From NCBI RefSeq assembly GCF_004010195.1, contig NC_057750.1, positions 8,762,684-8,826,683 on the forward strand: DNA of 64,000 bases, given 5' to 3'. This DNA is from Chiloscyllium plagiosum (lineage: Eukaryota). How positions within the stretch are numbered: position 1 is the stretch's first letter; the number at the start of each line of letters is the position of its first letter. Positions 38,253-52,469 of the stretch are shown here, piece after piece. The translations under genes and the position numbers were made by a program. The notes under the pieces are model-generated. The model was not told the origin of the DNA, searched no databases, and worked only from the letters and a program-made list of their open reading frames with translations.

Positions 38253-39400
38253 GGCTGAGTTAGATGGACTTTGATTGATCAGGGAGTCAACGGTTACAGG
38301 GGACAGAGAGGGCAGTGGCTTTGAGACTACAATCAGATCAGGTCACGGTCCTATCAAGCAGACACAAGGGGGCCAAATGGCCTACTCCTCATTCCTGTGT
38401 ATCCACTGCTGTCCTACTGTCATTCACCCTTCCACTCCAGTCTAGGGTTTAGAGGTGGGGGGGTGGGGGGAGGAAGGGTTGAGGGTGGAAGTGAAAACGA
38501 TGCATTTCCTCCGAAATTGGAGCGCAAGACCAGACCCACAACCCATTGGTGAAACGTGACCCTCCCCCCTCCATTCCCCAGAATCCCACCAACCCGACTG
38601 GACCCACTGCGGTCAATGGAGTCACCAATACCTTTATCACATGACATCCCCTCCCAGTGCCCAACCGGTCACCCCCCCCCCCCCCCCCCCCCCCCCCAGT
38701 CCATCGGCAGTGTCCCACCTTCTCAGCCCGACTACAGACTCTCCCTGCACACACACACGTGGGAAGATTCCTGTCCAACAATCAAACTTCCCTTACATGG
38801 CCAGCTCCGCAATCTTTCCAAACATAGTCAGAAGACGATTAGATACATTTTCTTTCTTAGACAGAGACAGATTCCTCCCCCCACCCCCCACCCCTCAGGG
38901 TTTGAGGGGGTGACAGTGTTTTGGGGGCATCACTGACCGTCTCCGGAATCTCCAGGACAATCCTGGAGAAGTTGGCAGTCCCAGGCCGGAGGGTGCCAGC
39001 CATTACAGGCTCACAGTGACCTTCCGCAAAAAACAAATCAGATCCACTTTCCGAAGAGAGAAGGAATTACTTATTCAGGGACCAAAAACTAAACCAGGAA
39101 CATCCGGAGAAAGGTCCTCAGAACCGCTGTGCTGAGGAGGGGGGGTCACCAGATCCAAAACGCTAACTCTGATTTCTCTCCACAGATGCTGCCGGACCTG
39201 TTGAGCTTTTCCAGTAATTTCGGTTCTTGTTTCTGATTTACAGCATCCGTGGTTCTTTCAGTGTTCGTTTATTGAGTCTGCTACTCACCTTAAAGGCAAA
39301 GGTTCAGAGCTCAAAAGGTCCATTAACTGGCGTGGTCCTTTCTGATGCTGGACAAGACGCCCCAGAGGGGAGTTTGAAACGGGAGGACCTGTGCGCGGTT

Positions 39401-39459
39401 TTAATAACGAGGAGACGCTGAGTGTTTGAGGGCTCGCTTTCCACAGTCCTGACCCCCAA
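39401..39459 (-). CDS. EGLN2: EGLN2 probable final coding exon
   Basis: Acceptor ggctgccccattccag|TT is in the required phase 1. The exon encodes VGGQDCGKRALKHSASPRY*, similar in length and GQ start to human ASGQKGVQVPVSQPPTPT. Confidence 0.55.
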
Positions 39460-41868
39460 CTGGAATGGGGCAGCCGGGATAGTGGGGGAGCGGGGTGAGA
39501 ACAAGGAAAGGAGCCTCCCAAGGGTTTCCTCAGCACCATCCCAGGGGCCTGCTCCATCGATAAGATCTTCAGGAAGGAGATGGTCCATTCATTTATCTGA
39601 AGTTTGGGGGAGTTGGGAAGGAGAGTTGGGAAGCGGTCTTTGAATAACTAAGGCCAATGCTTGAGGGCAGGGTCTAGGAACTGGACACTTTGCCCTTTAA
39701 CTCCCATCCCCCTCCCCACCCAACAAACCATATCTGGAATAGAAGGTTCAACTTTAAAACAAGGCAATGAGAGCGTGTTATTTGCAAAGGGAAGTTTATC
39801 CGTATCAAGGCTGTGTGTCTCTGAATAACAAACAATTTTCTTTGCCAGCATGGGGTAAGATACAGAGTAAAGCTTCCTCTACACTGTCCCCATCAAACAC
39901 TCCCAGGACAGGGACAGCTCAGGGTTAGATACAGAGTAAAGTCTGTCTCTCTTCTTTTGAACTGAAAGTAAAGCTTTCTGACCCCAAACACACAATGATT
40001 GCTGAGGGGCAGAGTAACAAGTCCAACAAACGATTTTTCTCTGTACACTGTCAATGTGCAAGTCCCCATAATGCACAGTGGAGGGTTAAACGCTGCTCCG
40101 GTGACCCTTCGCCTGTCGTTTCTTGTCAGTTTGAAGAACTCGGTGGTCCTTAGTGAACCGAACCGCTGTTTCAAGGTGCCCCAGGACGGTGTATGGAGGT
40201 GGGGTCAGCTGGGTGGGTTGGTGGGTGTTGGACGGAGAGCCCTTGAGGTGGATGGAGGAGGAGGAGGGTCGATGACTCAACACCAGCTCAGCGCATGCAA
40301 TCCATCTGCTCGTTGGATGGGGTGGGAGTGGTTCCTGTCTGACTGGACCCTACGTTGTACTGGTCTGGGTGAACTGCAAAGCCTTCTGAGCAGAAGCTGT
40401 GAAGAGAGGAGACGTTTAACAGGATCAGAGATTTGGGACAATGCCAGAGGAGGCCACTCAGCCCATCGCCATCAGACTGGCTCTCTCCTGCCAAGTATCC
40501 CGCGCACTCCCAGCCTCTGCCTTCTCCCTGGTTAGAGACAGGAAATAAAGCCTGCGAATACTGGAATCCAAAGGCAGGAGGCTGGAAGAAGACAGCAGGC
40601 CAGGCAGGAGGAGAGGTTGACATTTCGGGTGTAACCCATCCTCGGGACAGGGCTTACTACATTCTTCCAGACTCCTGCCTCTCCATTCCGCCTTCTCCCG
40701 GCACAGGCTTCCCGTTCAGAACGAGCCCCTGACAATAAATTCCAGATCCCAACCACTCGCTGCGTGGGCTCTCTCCTCATCGTTTTCAGTGCTTCTCGCG
40801 CGACCAAGTTTCGATCTGCGCCCTCTGGTGTTCAACTCTTTCACGACGAGGGAATACTTCCTTCTCTCTTCACTGTGCCCAGACACCCCCACCCCGTGAT
40901 TCTGCCCACCCCTGCCCTATCTCCTCTCTCAACAGCCTTTCCTCTGGAGGAACAGAGTCCCTCAATCACCACTGCTCCATCAGAGTAAATGAGGAGGAAC
41001 TACACCCTCCAGCAGAAAACAGACTTAAAATAATTCACAAACAAATCAGAGGAGATTTTATTTAAAGGGAAACAATGTTGTCACAATCTGCCACTCACTG
41101 CCTGATAGATTGTCAGAAATCACACGACACCAGGTTATAGTCTGACAGGTTTATTTGAAATCACAAGCTTTCGGAGCGCTGCTCCTTCTTTACCTGAAGC
41201 TTGTTATTTCAAACAAACCTGTTGGATTATAACCTGGTGTCGTGTGACCTTTGATGTTGTCCACCCAGGTCCAACACTGGCACCTCCACATCATGAAAGA
41301 TTGTGGTAACTTAAGGGAATTATATAAAAATTGCAGGGTAAAGCTTGAACAGTGTGTGCAGGACAGAGCGGGACTAAGTTCAGACCTCTTGTGAGGAGCT
41401 ACCATGGGAAAAGAAGGGGCTGAATGGCCTCCCCTTCATGCAATACGTTTCTGCATCACTGGTGATGTAACAAGCAGAAGCCCCCGGATCTTTCACATCT
41501 GCACTGTCCCCAGTCTGAGTGGGGATAGAATCCCAGATGGAGGATGGGTGAAGGGGGATCAGGATGCTCTTTGGAGGGCTGGTGCAGACTTGATGGGCCA
41601 AGTGGCCTCTTTCTGCAGTGTAGGGATTCTAATTCGATGGATTCTCTCGTTAACCAGCTCTTCCTCTGCTAGAGGGAGCTTCTCCTTGCTTGCTCTTTCG
41701 ATTCCTTGCATGGTTTCGGTCACAGCTCCCAAACCTCCCACCCACACTTCCTGCCTGGTCCACACTCTTAGCTCAGGGCTGTAGAGCTCAGAATCCTACA
41801 CCTTTGAGGCACTCAGGCCTCGACAAACTATTCAAAAGGCTGACAGGGAGTGTATGAGAAGTCCATAC

Positions 41869-41936
41869 CTTTCCTAAATCGCTCTTTGGCTGCGATGCGT
41901 TCCTTTCCATCAAAATACCAGACAGTAATGGCGTAC
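41869..41936 (-). CDS. EGLN2: EGLN2 coding exon 4
   Basis: ctctccccctcag|G...AAAG|gtatgg. The 68-nt exon encodes (R)YAITVWYFDGKERIAAKERFRK. Confidence 0.93.
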
Positions 41937-43169
41937 CTGAGGGGGAGAGAGAGGGGGGGGGGGAAGACGTGGTCAGGACAGCCATCTATCTAACGCAGCA
42001 CCCTCTTGTCCAGTTTGGTTAACCCTGTTCTCCTCAGCGGTGCCAAGGGAAAATGCTGGATGTAAAAACAACGCGGCTGTTGAAACAGATTTTTCTAAGT
42101 AACAACGCCTCACGGTGTCCTGGCCGATGGGGGTTGGAGGGAAAGGAGTAGGTTAGCTCATTGTTTACACAGCTAGTACACTTGACGCCAACAGCATGGG
42201 TCCAACGGCCAAGTGGTATTATCGCGGCACTATTAATCCTGAGACCTGGATAACGTACTGGGTTTGAGTCCTGCCTTGGCTGATGTTCTATGACTCTAAT
42301 GGACTTTGTATGGTATGACCTGTCTGTACAACACGCAAAACACAACCTGTCATTATACCTCGGTAAATGACAGAATAATAATTGAAATCAAATAAATAAA
42401 TGCCCCTCTCTGGGTTCCAGATTTCCCAGTGAAGGGTAACCTCTCCGTCTCTATGTCCCTCGGGAATCTTACACATTTCAATAAACCCATCTCTTCATTC
42501 TTCTCAACTTCCAGGGGAAAGAGTTCAGAGTTTACTCTGTCCCTCACCAGTCGGTGAAGCCCATCACCCAAATCCAGTTTGGTGATGTGGACCAACTCAG
42601 GAAATGAGGCAGAGTTCTACTGTCAGTGTAGGGGGGAGGGCTGGAATAGAGGAGCGCGGGGTGGGGGTAAAAGGGAAAGCCTGATAAAGGGGACCCAGGT
42701 TCCAGACTGAGAAACAATACAATCACACACTGCAGTCGGATTCAAACCCCTTCAGCAGGAGATGACTGTGTCCATCCCCCAGAACCCCAGTGGGAAGTGC
42801 CTGGAGATTATATTTAGCTGGAAGCTGGGATTGGAGGTCTCTGCTCACATCCCCAGCCACAGGAAAAGCCAGTCCCTGCCTTGGGCGAGCCTCTTTAAAG
42901 GGGCATACACTGGGAGGTTACTGACGTAGGGATTGAGGGATTCTTCAGAGATGAACGCAAATGCAAATAGGACAATGCCACTGTCGGTGTAGGGAAAGGA
43001 TCCAAAGACAATAGGAACCTTCCCATTCGGTGTAGTCAGTGCTCTGATTGTGAGGAAAAAAAACACAGCTCATTCCAAAGCAACATCCTTGTATCGCAAC
43101 AAGCTAACAATGGACTGCTTCATTTTGATGAGTTCTAGAACTTAGTTACATAATATCCTTCAACATTAT

Positions 43170-43725
43170 GAATTCCCCACCAGTACTGTACCCCAGTGTT
43201 ATACAGAGACAGACCTGTCCCCACCCAGTACTGTACCCCAGTGTTACACAGAGACAGACCTGTCCCCCCAGTACTGTACCCCAGTGTTATACAGAGACAG
43301 ACCAGTCCCCACCCAGTACTGTACCCCAGTGTTATACAATGACAGACCTGTCCCCACCAGTACTGTACCCCAGTGTTATACAGAGACAGCACTGTACCCC
43401 AGTGTTATACAGACAGACCTGTCCCCACCAGCACTGTACCCGTGTTGTACAGTGACAGACCTATCCCCACTACTCCCACACTCTAATGTTATACAGTGAC
43501 ATACCTGTCCCCACCAGTACTATATCCCAGTGTTATAGAGACAGACCTGTCCCCACCAGTCCCATACCCCAGTGTTATATACTGACAGACATGTCCCCAC
43601 CAGTACTGTACCCCAGTGTTATACAGCGACAGACCTGTACCCACCCAGTACTGTACCCCAGTGTTATAGAGACAGACCTGTCCCCACCAGTCCCATATCC
43701 CAGTGTTATACACTGACAGACCTGT
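43170..43725. repeat. Minisatellite, ~43-44-bp unit ccccaccagtactgtaccccagtgttatacagagacagacctgt
   Basis: About 13 imperfect tandem units; a lone unit also occurs at ~50982-51028. Confidence 0.9.
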
Positions 43726-43816
43726 CTTTGTTAATGTATAATGGCCTCTTCACCCAAACCCACTCGTCGCTGCCTCCTACTGGCACTGTCCAAAATTACT
43801 TTCTTGCTCCTCATTA

Positions 43817-43954
<138 letters not shown>

Positions 43955-44279
43955 CTAGGGAAAGAAAGCGGGACAGGCATGAATAAGGGAATCTTGGCAG
44001 CTCACTATGGGATATGTCACCAGATATGCACACTGCATCACTTCCTGTCAGAGAGACACAGTAAGCCACGTGCTGCCCTCACACATCCCCCGCTGTGATG
44101 GGGGACAGCCCACAGTGCCTCAATGGAAACAGCACACTCAGTTCCAAATCACAAGGTGCCAGGTTCAAGCCCCTCAGCAGACACTCAATCTGAACCACCG
44201 CACTCCTTCTGGTTACACCCAGATTACTGTGATGGAGGGAGTTCAACATCAACCCTGCTTCCTCTACTCTTAAAATAAA

Positions 44280-44545
44280 AGTAAAGCTCTCTCTGCACTG
44301 ACCCCATCAAACAATGCTAAGGACAGGTACAACATTGGGTTGGATACTGAGTAAAACTCTCTCTACTCTTTTAGACTGTCCCCCATCAAACTCTTCCAGG
44401 ACAGGGACAGCAAGGGTTAGATACAGGGTAAAACTCCCTCTACACTGTCCCCCAAACACTCCCAGGACAGGGACAGCACGGGGTTAGATACAGAGTAAAG
44501 CTCCCTCTACACTGTACCCCATCAAACACACCCAGGACAGGGATA
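44280..44545. repeat. Tandem/dispersed ~67-bp repeat (acactgtccccatcaaacactcccaggacagggacagcacggggttagatacagagtaaagctccctct)
   Basis: About 4 tandem units here, with further copies at ~39850-39945 and inverted at ~9860-9935. Confidence 0.85.
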
Positions 44546-44704
44546 GACACAGTGTCCCACACACTCCTTTGATGTTGGCTCCTTGCCACCTGGGAACAGA
44601 GGTTAGAAAGGTTTAGTATTTTTATTTCCTCTTTCACAACATCCCAGTTAAGTGCCCCTGAAGTGGAGTCACTGTTGCAATATGGAAAACACAGCAATCA
44701 ATTT

Positions 44705-45289
<585 letters not shown>

Positions 45290-45494
45290 CTACAGAGAGA
45301 GAGAAAAAACAGCCAGGTTAATAGAGATAACAATGGGACTGCAGTGAAGCAACAACCGAGGGACTGTCCTGCAGCAGCCTTCACTCAGGCAGGGAGCCTC
45401 ACAACAACAATGGAGCATTCTCTCATTCGGTTTATCTTCCCGTGTTCAGCTGAGCCAGGGTCACTCAAAATGTAACCACATGCAGAACTCTGCG

Positions 45495-45735
45495 AGTCAC
45501 CCTTATACTGAATAAACCCTGACTCTGTGCAGTTACACAGTGAGTGACCCTTACCCTGCTGAATAAACCCTGTCTCTGTACAGTTACACAGTGAGTGACC
45601 CTTACCCTGCTGAATAAACCCTCTGTACAGTTACACAGTGAGTGACCCTTACCCTGCTGAATTAAGCCTGACTCTGTACAGTTACACAGTGAGTCATCCT
45701 TATCCTGCTGAATAGACACCGACTGTATAATTTAT
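45495..45735. repeat. Minisatellite, ~51-bp unit gagtgacccttaccctgctgaataaaccctgactctgtacagttacacagt
   Basis: About 5 tandem units. Confidence 0.9.
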
Positions 45736-46619
45736 ACAGAAAAACACTCAGATCTTGACAATCCTGACTTTCTTGTTAATCTTGTTTGAGTCATTGGACA
45801 ACCCCCCTTTTGGTCTCTCCTTTACACTTACAATATTGTTTTTATTTTTTGTAAAATTATTCTGGAGCTTATATCTGCAGTAGATGATTAGGAAGATCCC
45901 TGAATGTGTCAATTGCTCTACATCAGCTTGGCTCAGAGGGTAATGTATTCTCCTTTGAATCAGAGATCGAGGATTTCAAAACCGCTACAAAGGGATCAAT
46001 GTTTTACTCTGGAAGACAGTGACATGAGCGTTTTATTTCAGTCAGCCACACACTCCATATAACCCACACCTAAAAAAAAAATCACAGCAGCTTTATCAAA
46101 CACAACGTGACAGCAAGCCACAGGAGACATTAGGGCTGCCGACCTACAGAGGCAGGTACCAAAGGAGCGACTTGATAGGAGAGCTAGTGGCAGACAGGAA
46201 GTCCAGAGTTTGGTGTCTCGGCAACCGGAGGGACAGCTGCCAACAGCAGAATGAGTAAAAACTGGGGACCCTTGAGAGGCCAGAATTCTCAAGAGTACGA
46301 GATCTCAGAGAAAGAGACAAGATGGGGGCATCTGAAAAGGAAGGTTTGACTGGGAGCTACTGTAGTTCAGTGAACTTTACAAATTAAAGTCCAAAAGTGT
46401 CCTATTAAGGATTAGCAACCAGCTGAATAACTCACATCACTGGCCATTAAAAACCAATATGGTCCCCAAATCACACCAGATACTGTCTGGCATCCCAGTA
46501 CCAACTGGCATCCCAGTACCAACTGTCCATCGACCAATGAACTAGTTTCTTTTTAATCAGTTTACACCCATATCCATTTGACCACAATCCAATGGTGTTC
46601 TTCCTTCCCTTATTAATTC

Positions 46620-47085
46620 AGGATGTTGCCAGGGTTGGAGGATTTGAGCTATAGGGAAAGGCTGAACAAGCTGGGGCTGTTTTCCCTGGAGCATCGGAGG
46701 CTGAGGGGTGACTTTATAGAGGTTTATCAAATCATGAGGGGCATGGATAGGGTAAATAGGCAAAGTCATTTCCCTGGGGTCAGGGAGTCCAGAACTAGAG
46801 GGCATAGGTTTAGGTTGAGGGGGGAAAGATTTAAGGGGTCTTAAGGGACAACATTTTCACACAGAAGGTGGTACGTGTATGGAATGAGCTTCCAGAGAAA
46901 GTGGTGGAAGCTGGTACAATTACAACATTTAAGAGGCATTTGGATGGGTATATGAACAGGAAGGGTTTGGAGGGATATGGGCCAGGTGATGGCAGGTGGG
47001 ACTAGATTGGATTGGGATTTCTGGTCGGCATGGACGTGCTGGACCAAAGGGTCTTTTTCCATGGTGTACATCTCTATGACTCTAT
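46620..47085 (+). mobile_element. CR1/HER1-like LINE 3' fragment
   Basis: MLPGLEDLSYRERLNKLGLFSLEHRRLRGD..., followed by the tail. Confidence 0.88.
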
Positions 47086-48654
47086 GAGGATATTGCTGGC
47101 CAATCCAGCATTTAATCCCCATCCCTAATTGCCCAGAGGGCAGTTAAGAGTCAACCATGTTGCTGTGGGTCTAGAGTCATATGTAGGCCAGACTGGGTAA
47201 GGATGGCAGATTCTTTCCCTAAAGGACATTAGTGAATCAGATGGGTTTTTCCTAACAATTGATCATCAGACTCTTAATTCCATCTACCATAGTGGGATTT
47301 GAACCCAGAACATTACCTGGGTCTCTGGATTAACAGTCCAGTGATCATACCACTAAGCCATTGATTAGATTCCCTACAGTATGGAAACAGGCCATTTAGC
47401 CCAACAAGTCCACACCGACCCTCCGAAGAGTAACCCACTCAGACCCATTCCCCGACCCTATTATTTACCCCTGACTAATGCACCTCTTTGCCTTTCCTTT
47501 GTATCTTCTATCTTTGAGCAAGGGTCATTTGGACCCCATTTCAACAGCATAGAATTTCCAACGTGTCAACCAGAGAATGGCGTAGTCCGTGGCCCACTGT
47601 CACAACAGTCAATACCAAAAGGGACAAAAATGCTGCAACAGATGTGTTCACCTGTTCTCTCTCACACACAGCACATAGTTACCATGGTAACTGGCAGTCT
47701 TTCCCCGGCTCCACTCCTCCCAAACAGCACCAGGGGTAAAGATTTATAAAAGAAAAATAAAAATGCGAAAAGATGAAGCAGTAAGGTCCATAGTTTGGGG
47801 AAAAGATGGGGATGCGGACGGGATTGGGTTAAGGCCTGCAGCAGATCAGAGTCATGGTGCGGCCTACGATTTCCTCACTGTCATTTCAGCCTTCCTGCAA
47901 TTAGCTTGAGCCTTGCTGCCTCACAGACCTGTCGCAAAAGGGGCAGTGAGTAAAGCAGCAGCTTGTTTCTGCAACACATCTCAAAGTCTCTCCAGCAACC
48001 CACTGTTAATTTCCACACTGGACCCATTTGTATGTAGGCTGACTGGGGCCAGCCATTTTGTGAACAGCAGGATTCCACAGACAATTCTGTACGAGATATC
48101 ACTGCTTAGACTTCTTTTGACAGCACAGGTCAGGGGATGGAATGTTGGCTTGGACATGAGAATTCTCCTTCAAATCAGCTCGGGAATTTGTTCCTTAGTC
48201 CAGAGGGAAAAGATGGGATTTTAGTTGGTGTCTCATTGAAGGACAGCCACACAGAAAGTACTGCAGAATTGGGCCATTCGGCCTAACTAGTCGAAGCTGG
48301 TGTTAGCACTCCACAGGAGCTTCCTCCCACCTCTCATTTTGTGTCGCAAGGGCAGGAGGGACAGAAATTACTGACCAAATAGACTACCCACATTGTGGTT
48401 AGTTTACCAGAGGCTGCTCTCTCATTGCAAGAACAGTTTTGTCACAAAGACCAGTGAGACACAGTGTTCTCTTTGTGAATTCATTTTGGATACAGAGTCA
48501 TACTGCATGGAAACAGACCCTTCGGCCCAACCAGTCCATGCTGACCATAATCTGAAACTAAACTAGTCCCACCTCCCTGCTCCTGGCCCATATCACCTTT
48601 CCATCCGCTCATCCAAAAAGAACTCGGATTGATACCCAAATGGCAAGTTTACTC

Positions 48655-48975
48655 TCAGGCCCCAGGGACCCGGGTTTGATTCCAGCCTCGGGCGACTGTG
48701 TGTGTGGAGTTTGCACATTCTTCCCTTGTCCATGTGGGTTTCCTCCGGGTGCTCTGGTTTCCTCCCACAGTCCAAAGATGTGGAGGGGAGGGTGCAAGGC
48801 CGTGCTAAATTGCTCTGCAGTGTCCACGGATGTGCAGGCTAGGTGGGTTAGCCATGGGGAAATGTGGGGTTACAGGGATGGAGTAGAGGGTGGGTCTGGG
48901 TGGGATGCTCTTTGGAGGCTTGGTAAGGGCATGATGAAACAAATGACCTCCTTCCACTACGTAGGGACTCTATGA
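48655..48975 (+). mobile_element. HE1-like SINE
   Basis: Core gggacccgggtttgattccagcctcgggcgactg...ggtttcctcccacagtccaaagatgtg. Confidence 0.75.
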
Positions 48976-49629
48976 CTCAGCTGATATAGATAGCGCAGAA
49001 GGAGGCCATTGGACCTGTCCTGTCACTTTCTCTGTGGTTCTAAAATGCATTCAGACGTGAACATGCACTCAAACACATCTTGCCCATATGCATCCCTCAA
49101 GTAAATCCTTTCGCCAAAGGCTTGGGACACAGAAAAGCAGATTATTGGGTCATTACCCCATTGTTGGTTTTGGGAGCCTGCTGTGCACAAAAATGGCTGC
49201 CACACTGCCTGCGCTGCACAATGTCAGTGCTCAGCATTGGAAGTTGTCGATTGGCTGCAGAGCAGTTTGGAATGTCGTGGAGGCCAGCACAGAATCAGGA
49301 GTTCGTTACCTCGGTGAACACGTCAAATTTAATCAAAGCCAGAAGAACTGCAGATGCTGAAAATCAGAAACAAAAACAGAAATTGCTGGAAAAGCTCAGC
49401 CGGTCTGCCAGCATCTGCCATTGTGCATCATGTTTTCCATTGCCTGGGAGTCAGCACCATTAGGATGGGAGATGTAAACACAACGCAAACTCACGCCCCA
49501 CCCCCACAGAAACAAATACGAACTAAGTTAGTGCGGCATTCAGCTCTGGTTGGCCTGTTATAGGAAGGATATGATTATACAGGAGAGGGTTCAGATTTAC
49601 CAGTACGTTGCCAGGTAACCAGACTATTT

Positions 49630-50250
49630 GAGTCGTTTGGATAGGCTGGGTCTAATTTTCCCTGGAACGTCGGAGGCTGAGGGGTGACCTTATAGAGGTT
49701 TATAAAATCATGAGGGACATGGATAGGGTGAATAGCCAAGGCCTTTTCCCTGGGGTGGGGGATTTCAAGACTAGTGGACATATTCTTAAGATAAGAGGAG
49801 AAAGATTTTAAAAAGACATGAGGGGCAATTTGTTTTTTTTTTAAAAACACAGAGTGGTTTGTGTGAAATATATTTCCAAAGGAAGTGAACAAGTTTTACT
49901 GGCACATGCACTCAAGTGAGTACAATAAAAAGTTCAGTCACCACATTACAGCACCACCTTAGGTACAAAGATACCTAGATACTGATACTCAAGATCAACA
50001 AAATAAATTACAGAAGTAAAGAAGCAAATAACCCAAATTTAAAGGTTATAGGAATAAATTAGGAAAATAAAATAATAAACATGGTGGATGCAGGTAACGC
50101 TACAACATTTAAAAGATAAACGTACATGGAGAGGAAAGGTTTGGAGGGATATGGGGCCAGGAGCAGGCAGGTGGGACTAGTTTAGTTTCAGATTATGGTC
50201 GGCATGGACCGGTTGGGCCGAAGGGTCTGTTTCCATGCAGTGTGACTCTG
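49630..50250 (+). mobile_element. CR1/HER1-like LINE 3' fragment, interrupted at ~49890-50085
   Basis: ggaggctgaggggtgaccttatagaggtttataaaatcatgagg...; the tail resumes at ~50085. Confidence 0.75.
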
Positions 50251-51029
50251 TATCCAAAATGAATTCACAAAGAGAACCCTGTGTCTCACTGGTCTTTGTG
50301 ACAAACTTGTTCTTACAATGACAGAGCGGCCTCTGGTAAGACTTTTTACGCAATCCAAATATTACGAGATTCGAAAGGCTGTATACAGAAATAAACAAAC
50401 CAACCGTCGCTTCCCACGGGCTGCACAACAACGGGGAGAAAAAAACCCCCACAAACACTTCACACCTTCCGGGAGTGTTACTGACCTGACCAAACACTCA
50501 GCCACCACACAATAGGCAAAATATAAATTCATCACACCAGGAACTGGGTGGTGCAGGGATATGAACACTGACCTTTTACCTGCGGGAGCTGCGTTCAAAT
50601 CTGAATTCAAAAACAGAAACATGCTGGAAATGCTCAGCAGGTCAGGAAGCATCTGGAGAGATGAAAGGTTATTGCCTTGACACAGTAACTCGCGTCTTCC
50701 TGACTGGGGTCTCTTTATCCTCACCGTGAGTCTTATGTAACTACAGCCTCTGAAACTTTAAACGAGAAGCCAGAATCGCAACATGGCAGGCATGCTGTCT
50801 GACAGAACCAATTAGACAGGAAGTCAGATATTTGCTCCTCTACAGTAGTGGGAGATAACTGTGGAGTGGGAATATCACTGGACTCAGAAACCACAGGCTC
50901 AAGCTTATGTTTGGGAGCAGGGGAGGCTTCTTATTAATTAACCTGAATTCAAATTCCATCAGCATTAGCATTATAGTATCACAGTGTTATACAGAGACAG
51001 ACCTATCCCCAACCAGTACTGTACCCCAC

Positions 51030-51368
51030 TGAGGTGGCAAGATGGTTCAGTGGTTAGCATCTGCTGCCTCACAGCACCAGGGACCCCGGTTTGATTCCAG
51101 CTTCGGGTGACTGCGTGGAGTTTGCACATTCTCCCCGTGTCTGGGTGGGTTCCCTCCGGGTGCTCCGGTTTCCTCCCACAGTCCAAAGATGTGCAGGTCA
51201 GGGTGGATTGATCACGCTTAATTGTCCAGTAGTATCCAGGGATGTACAGGCTAGATGGGTTAGCCATGAGAAATGCAGGGTTACAGGGATAGGGAAAGGC
51301 AGGTGGAATACTGTTCGGAGGGTCAGTGTGGGCTCGATGGGCCGAGTGGCCTGATTCTACACTGTAGA
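51030..51368 (+). mobile_element. HE1-like SINE
   Basis: SINE head, core and tail as above. Confidence 0.8.
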
Positions 51369-52163
51369 AGTTCTCCAATTCTGTGAAGGATCTGATCAGA
51401 TTATGACAGGGTGGTGATGAGGGCACCGATAGAAAAATAACGTCCTCCAAAAGGGCATTTTAATGTTGGCAGGCACCCACTCAATGACCTGTGCTGATGT
51501 AATAACCTCAAGGACAAATCAAATCGAGGCCTTCGAGCTTATGATGGCGCTGGGCGGATTGTGAATGCCGCCATTTTGAAGAAGAGAATGGCACTGCCCC
51601 GCACATTGTAGCCCACCTCATTACAACAACCAAAAATAATTAATTGGTCATTACCACAGCACTGTTTGTGGGATCTTGCTGTGTAACAAGGAAAACTGAC
51701 AGACGTGTTTCTGAGATGACAACAATGGCCACGCTTGGAAAAGTAGCTCGTTGTGACGTCCGGTCACCATGAAAGGAGCTAAATAAATGCACCTCTCGTT
51801 ACCAAGTTCAAAATGGCCCGCATTGTTCATTTTGCTCTCTATCGTAACAAAGAGGTGCAGTGTCTAATTCCTAATCTCAAAAAGGAACTTAGTCTGAAGC
51901 CGGTAATCCTTCCTGTTTGAGGAGTCACTGTGCTAGAATCGCAGCAGGAGATGGGTAAAAAAATTCTCTCCCTCGCCCCCACCATTTCCCTCAGAGCACA
52001 CCGACTATCACTCATGACACTAAAGAGGGCAGTATGAAGTGAACATGGTGGATCCAATACAGTTTGAAGATGTCACATCAATCTAATGTCCCATCTGCCC
52101 TCTTACAGGGCATTAACAGGTGGTATGGGCTTAATTTCAAAGAGGTGGTGGTTTTCCCAGGTG

Positions 52164-52469
52164 TAAGAGTGTGGGGCTGGAAAAACACAGCAGGTCAGGC
52201 AGCATCTGAGGAGCAGGAGAATCGACGTTTCGGACATAAGCCCTTCATCAGTTCCTAACTCCCAGTCCTGCCATGTCTTTACTATTCTCCCAGACGTCCC
52301 CCTCACCGATGAAGAACGCTTAGTCTTTTAACATCATTCCTGATGAAGGGCGCCTGCCCGATACGTCGATTTTCCTGCTCCTCGGATGCTGCCTGACCTG
52401 CTGTGCTTTTCCAGCACAACTCTAACCTGGACTCTGATCTCCAGCATCTGCAGTCCTCACTTTCTCCTA
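52164..52469. mobile_element. PLE-derived composite insertion: inverted pLTR + short internal fragment + direct pLTR, with two hammerhead cores
   Basis: 13-bp TSD GTTTTCCCAGGTG (52151-63 / 52470-82). The minus-strand core at 52224-52251 is intact; the plus-strand core at 52340-52367 has GAAA>GATA. Confidence 0.8.

Noticed and set aside
39285..39557. Alternative open frame across the EGLN2 last exon
   Set aside because: It needs a phase-2 join, i.e. skipping exon 4, which would remove the 2-oxoglutarate-binding Arg and YAITVWY.
46486..46525. 19-bp tandem duplication ctggcatcccagtaccaa
   Set aside because: A simple slippage duplication in an intron, with no further structure.
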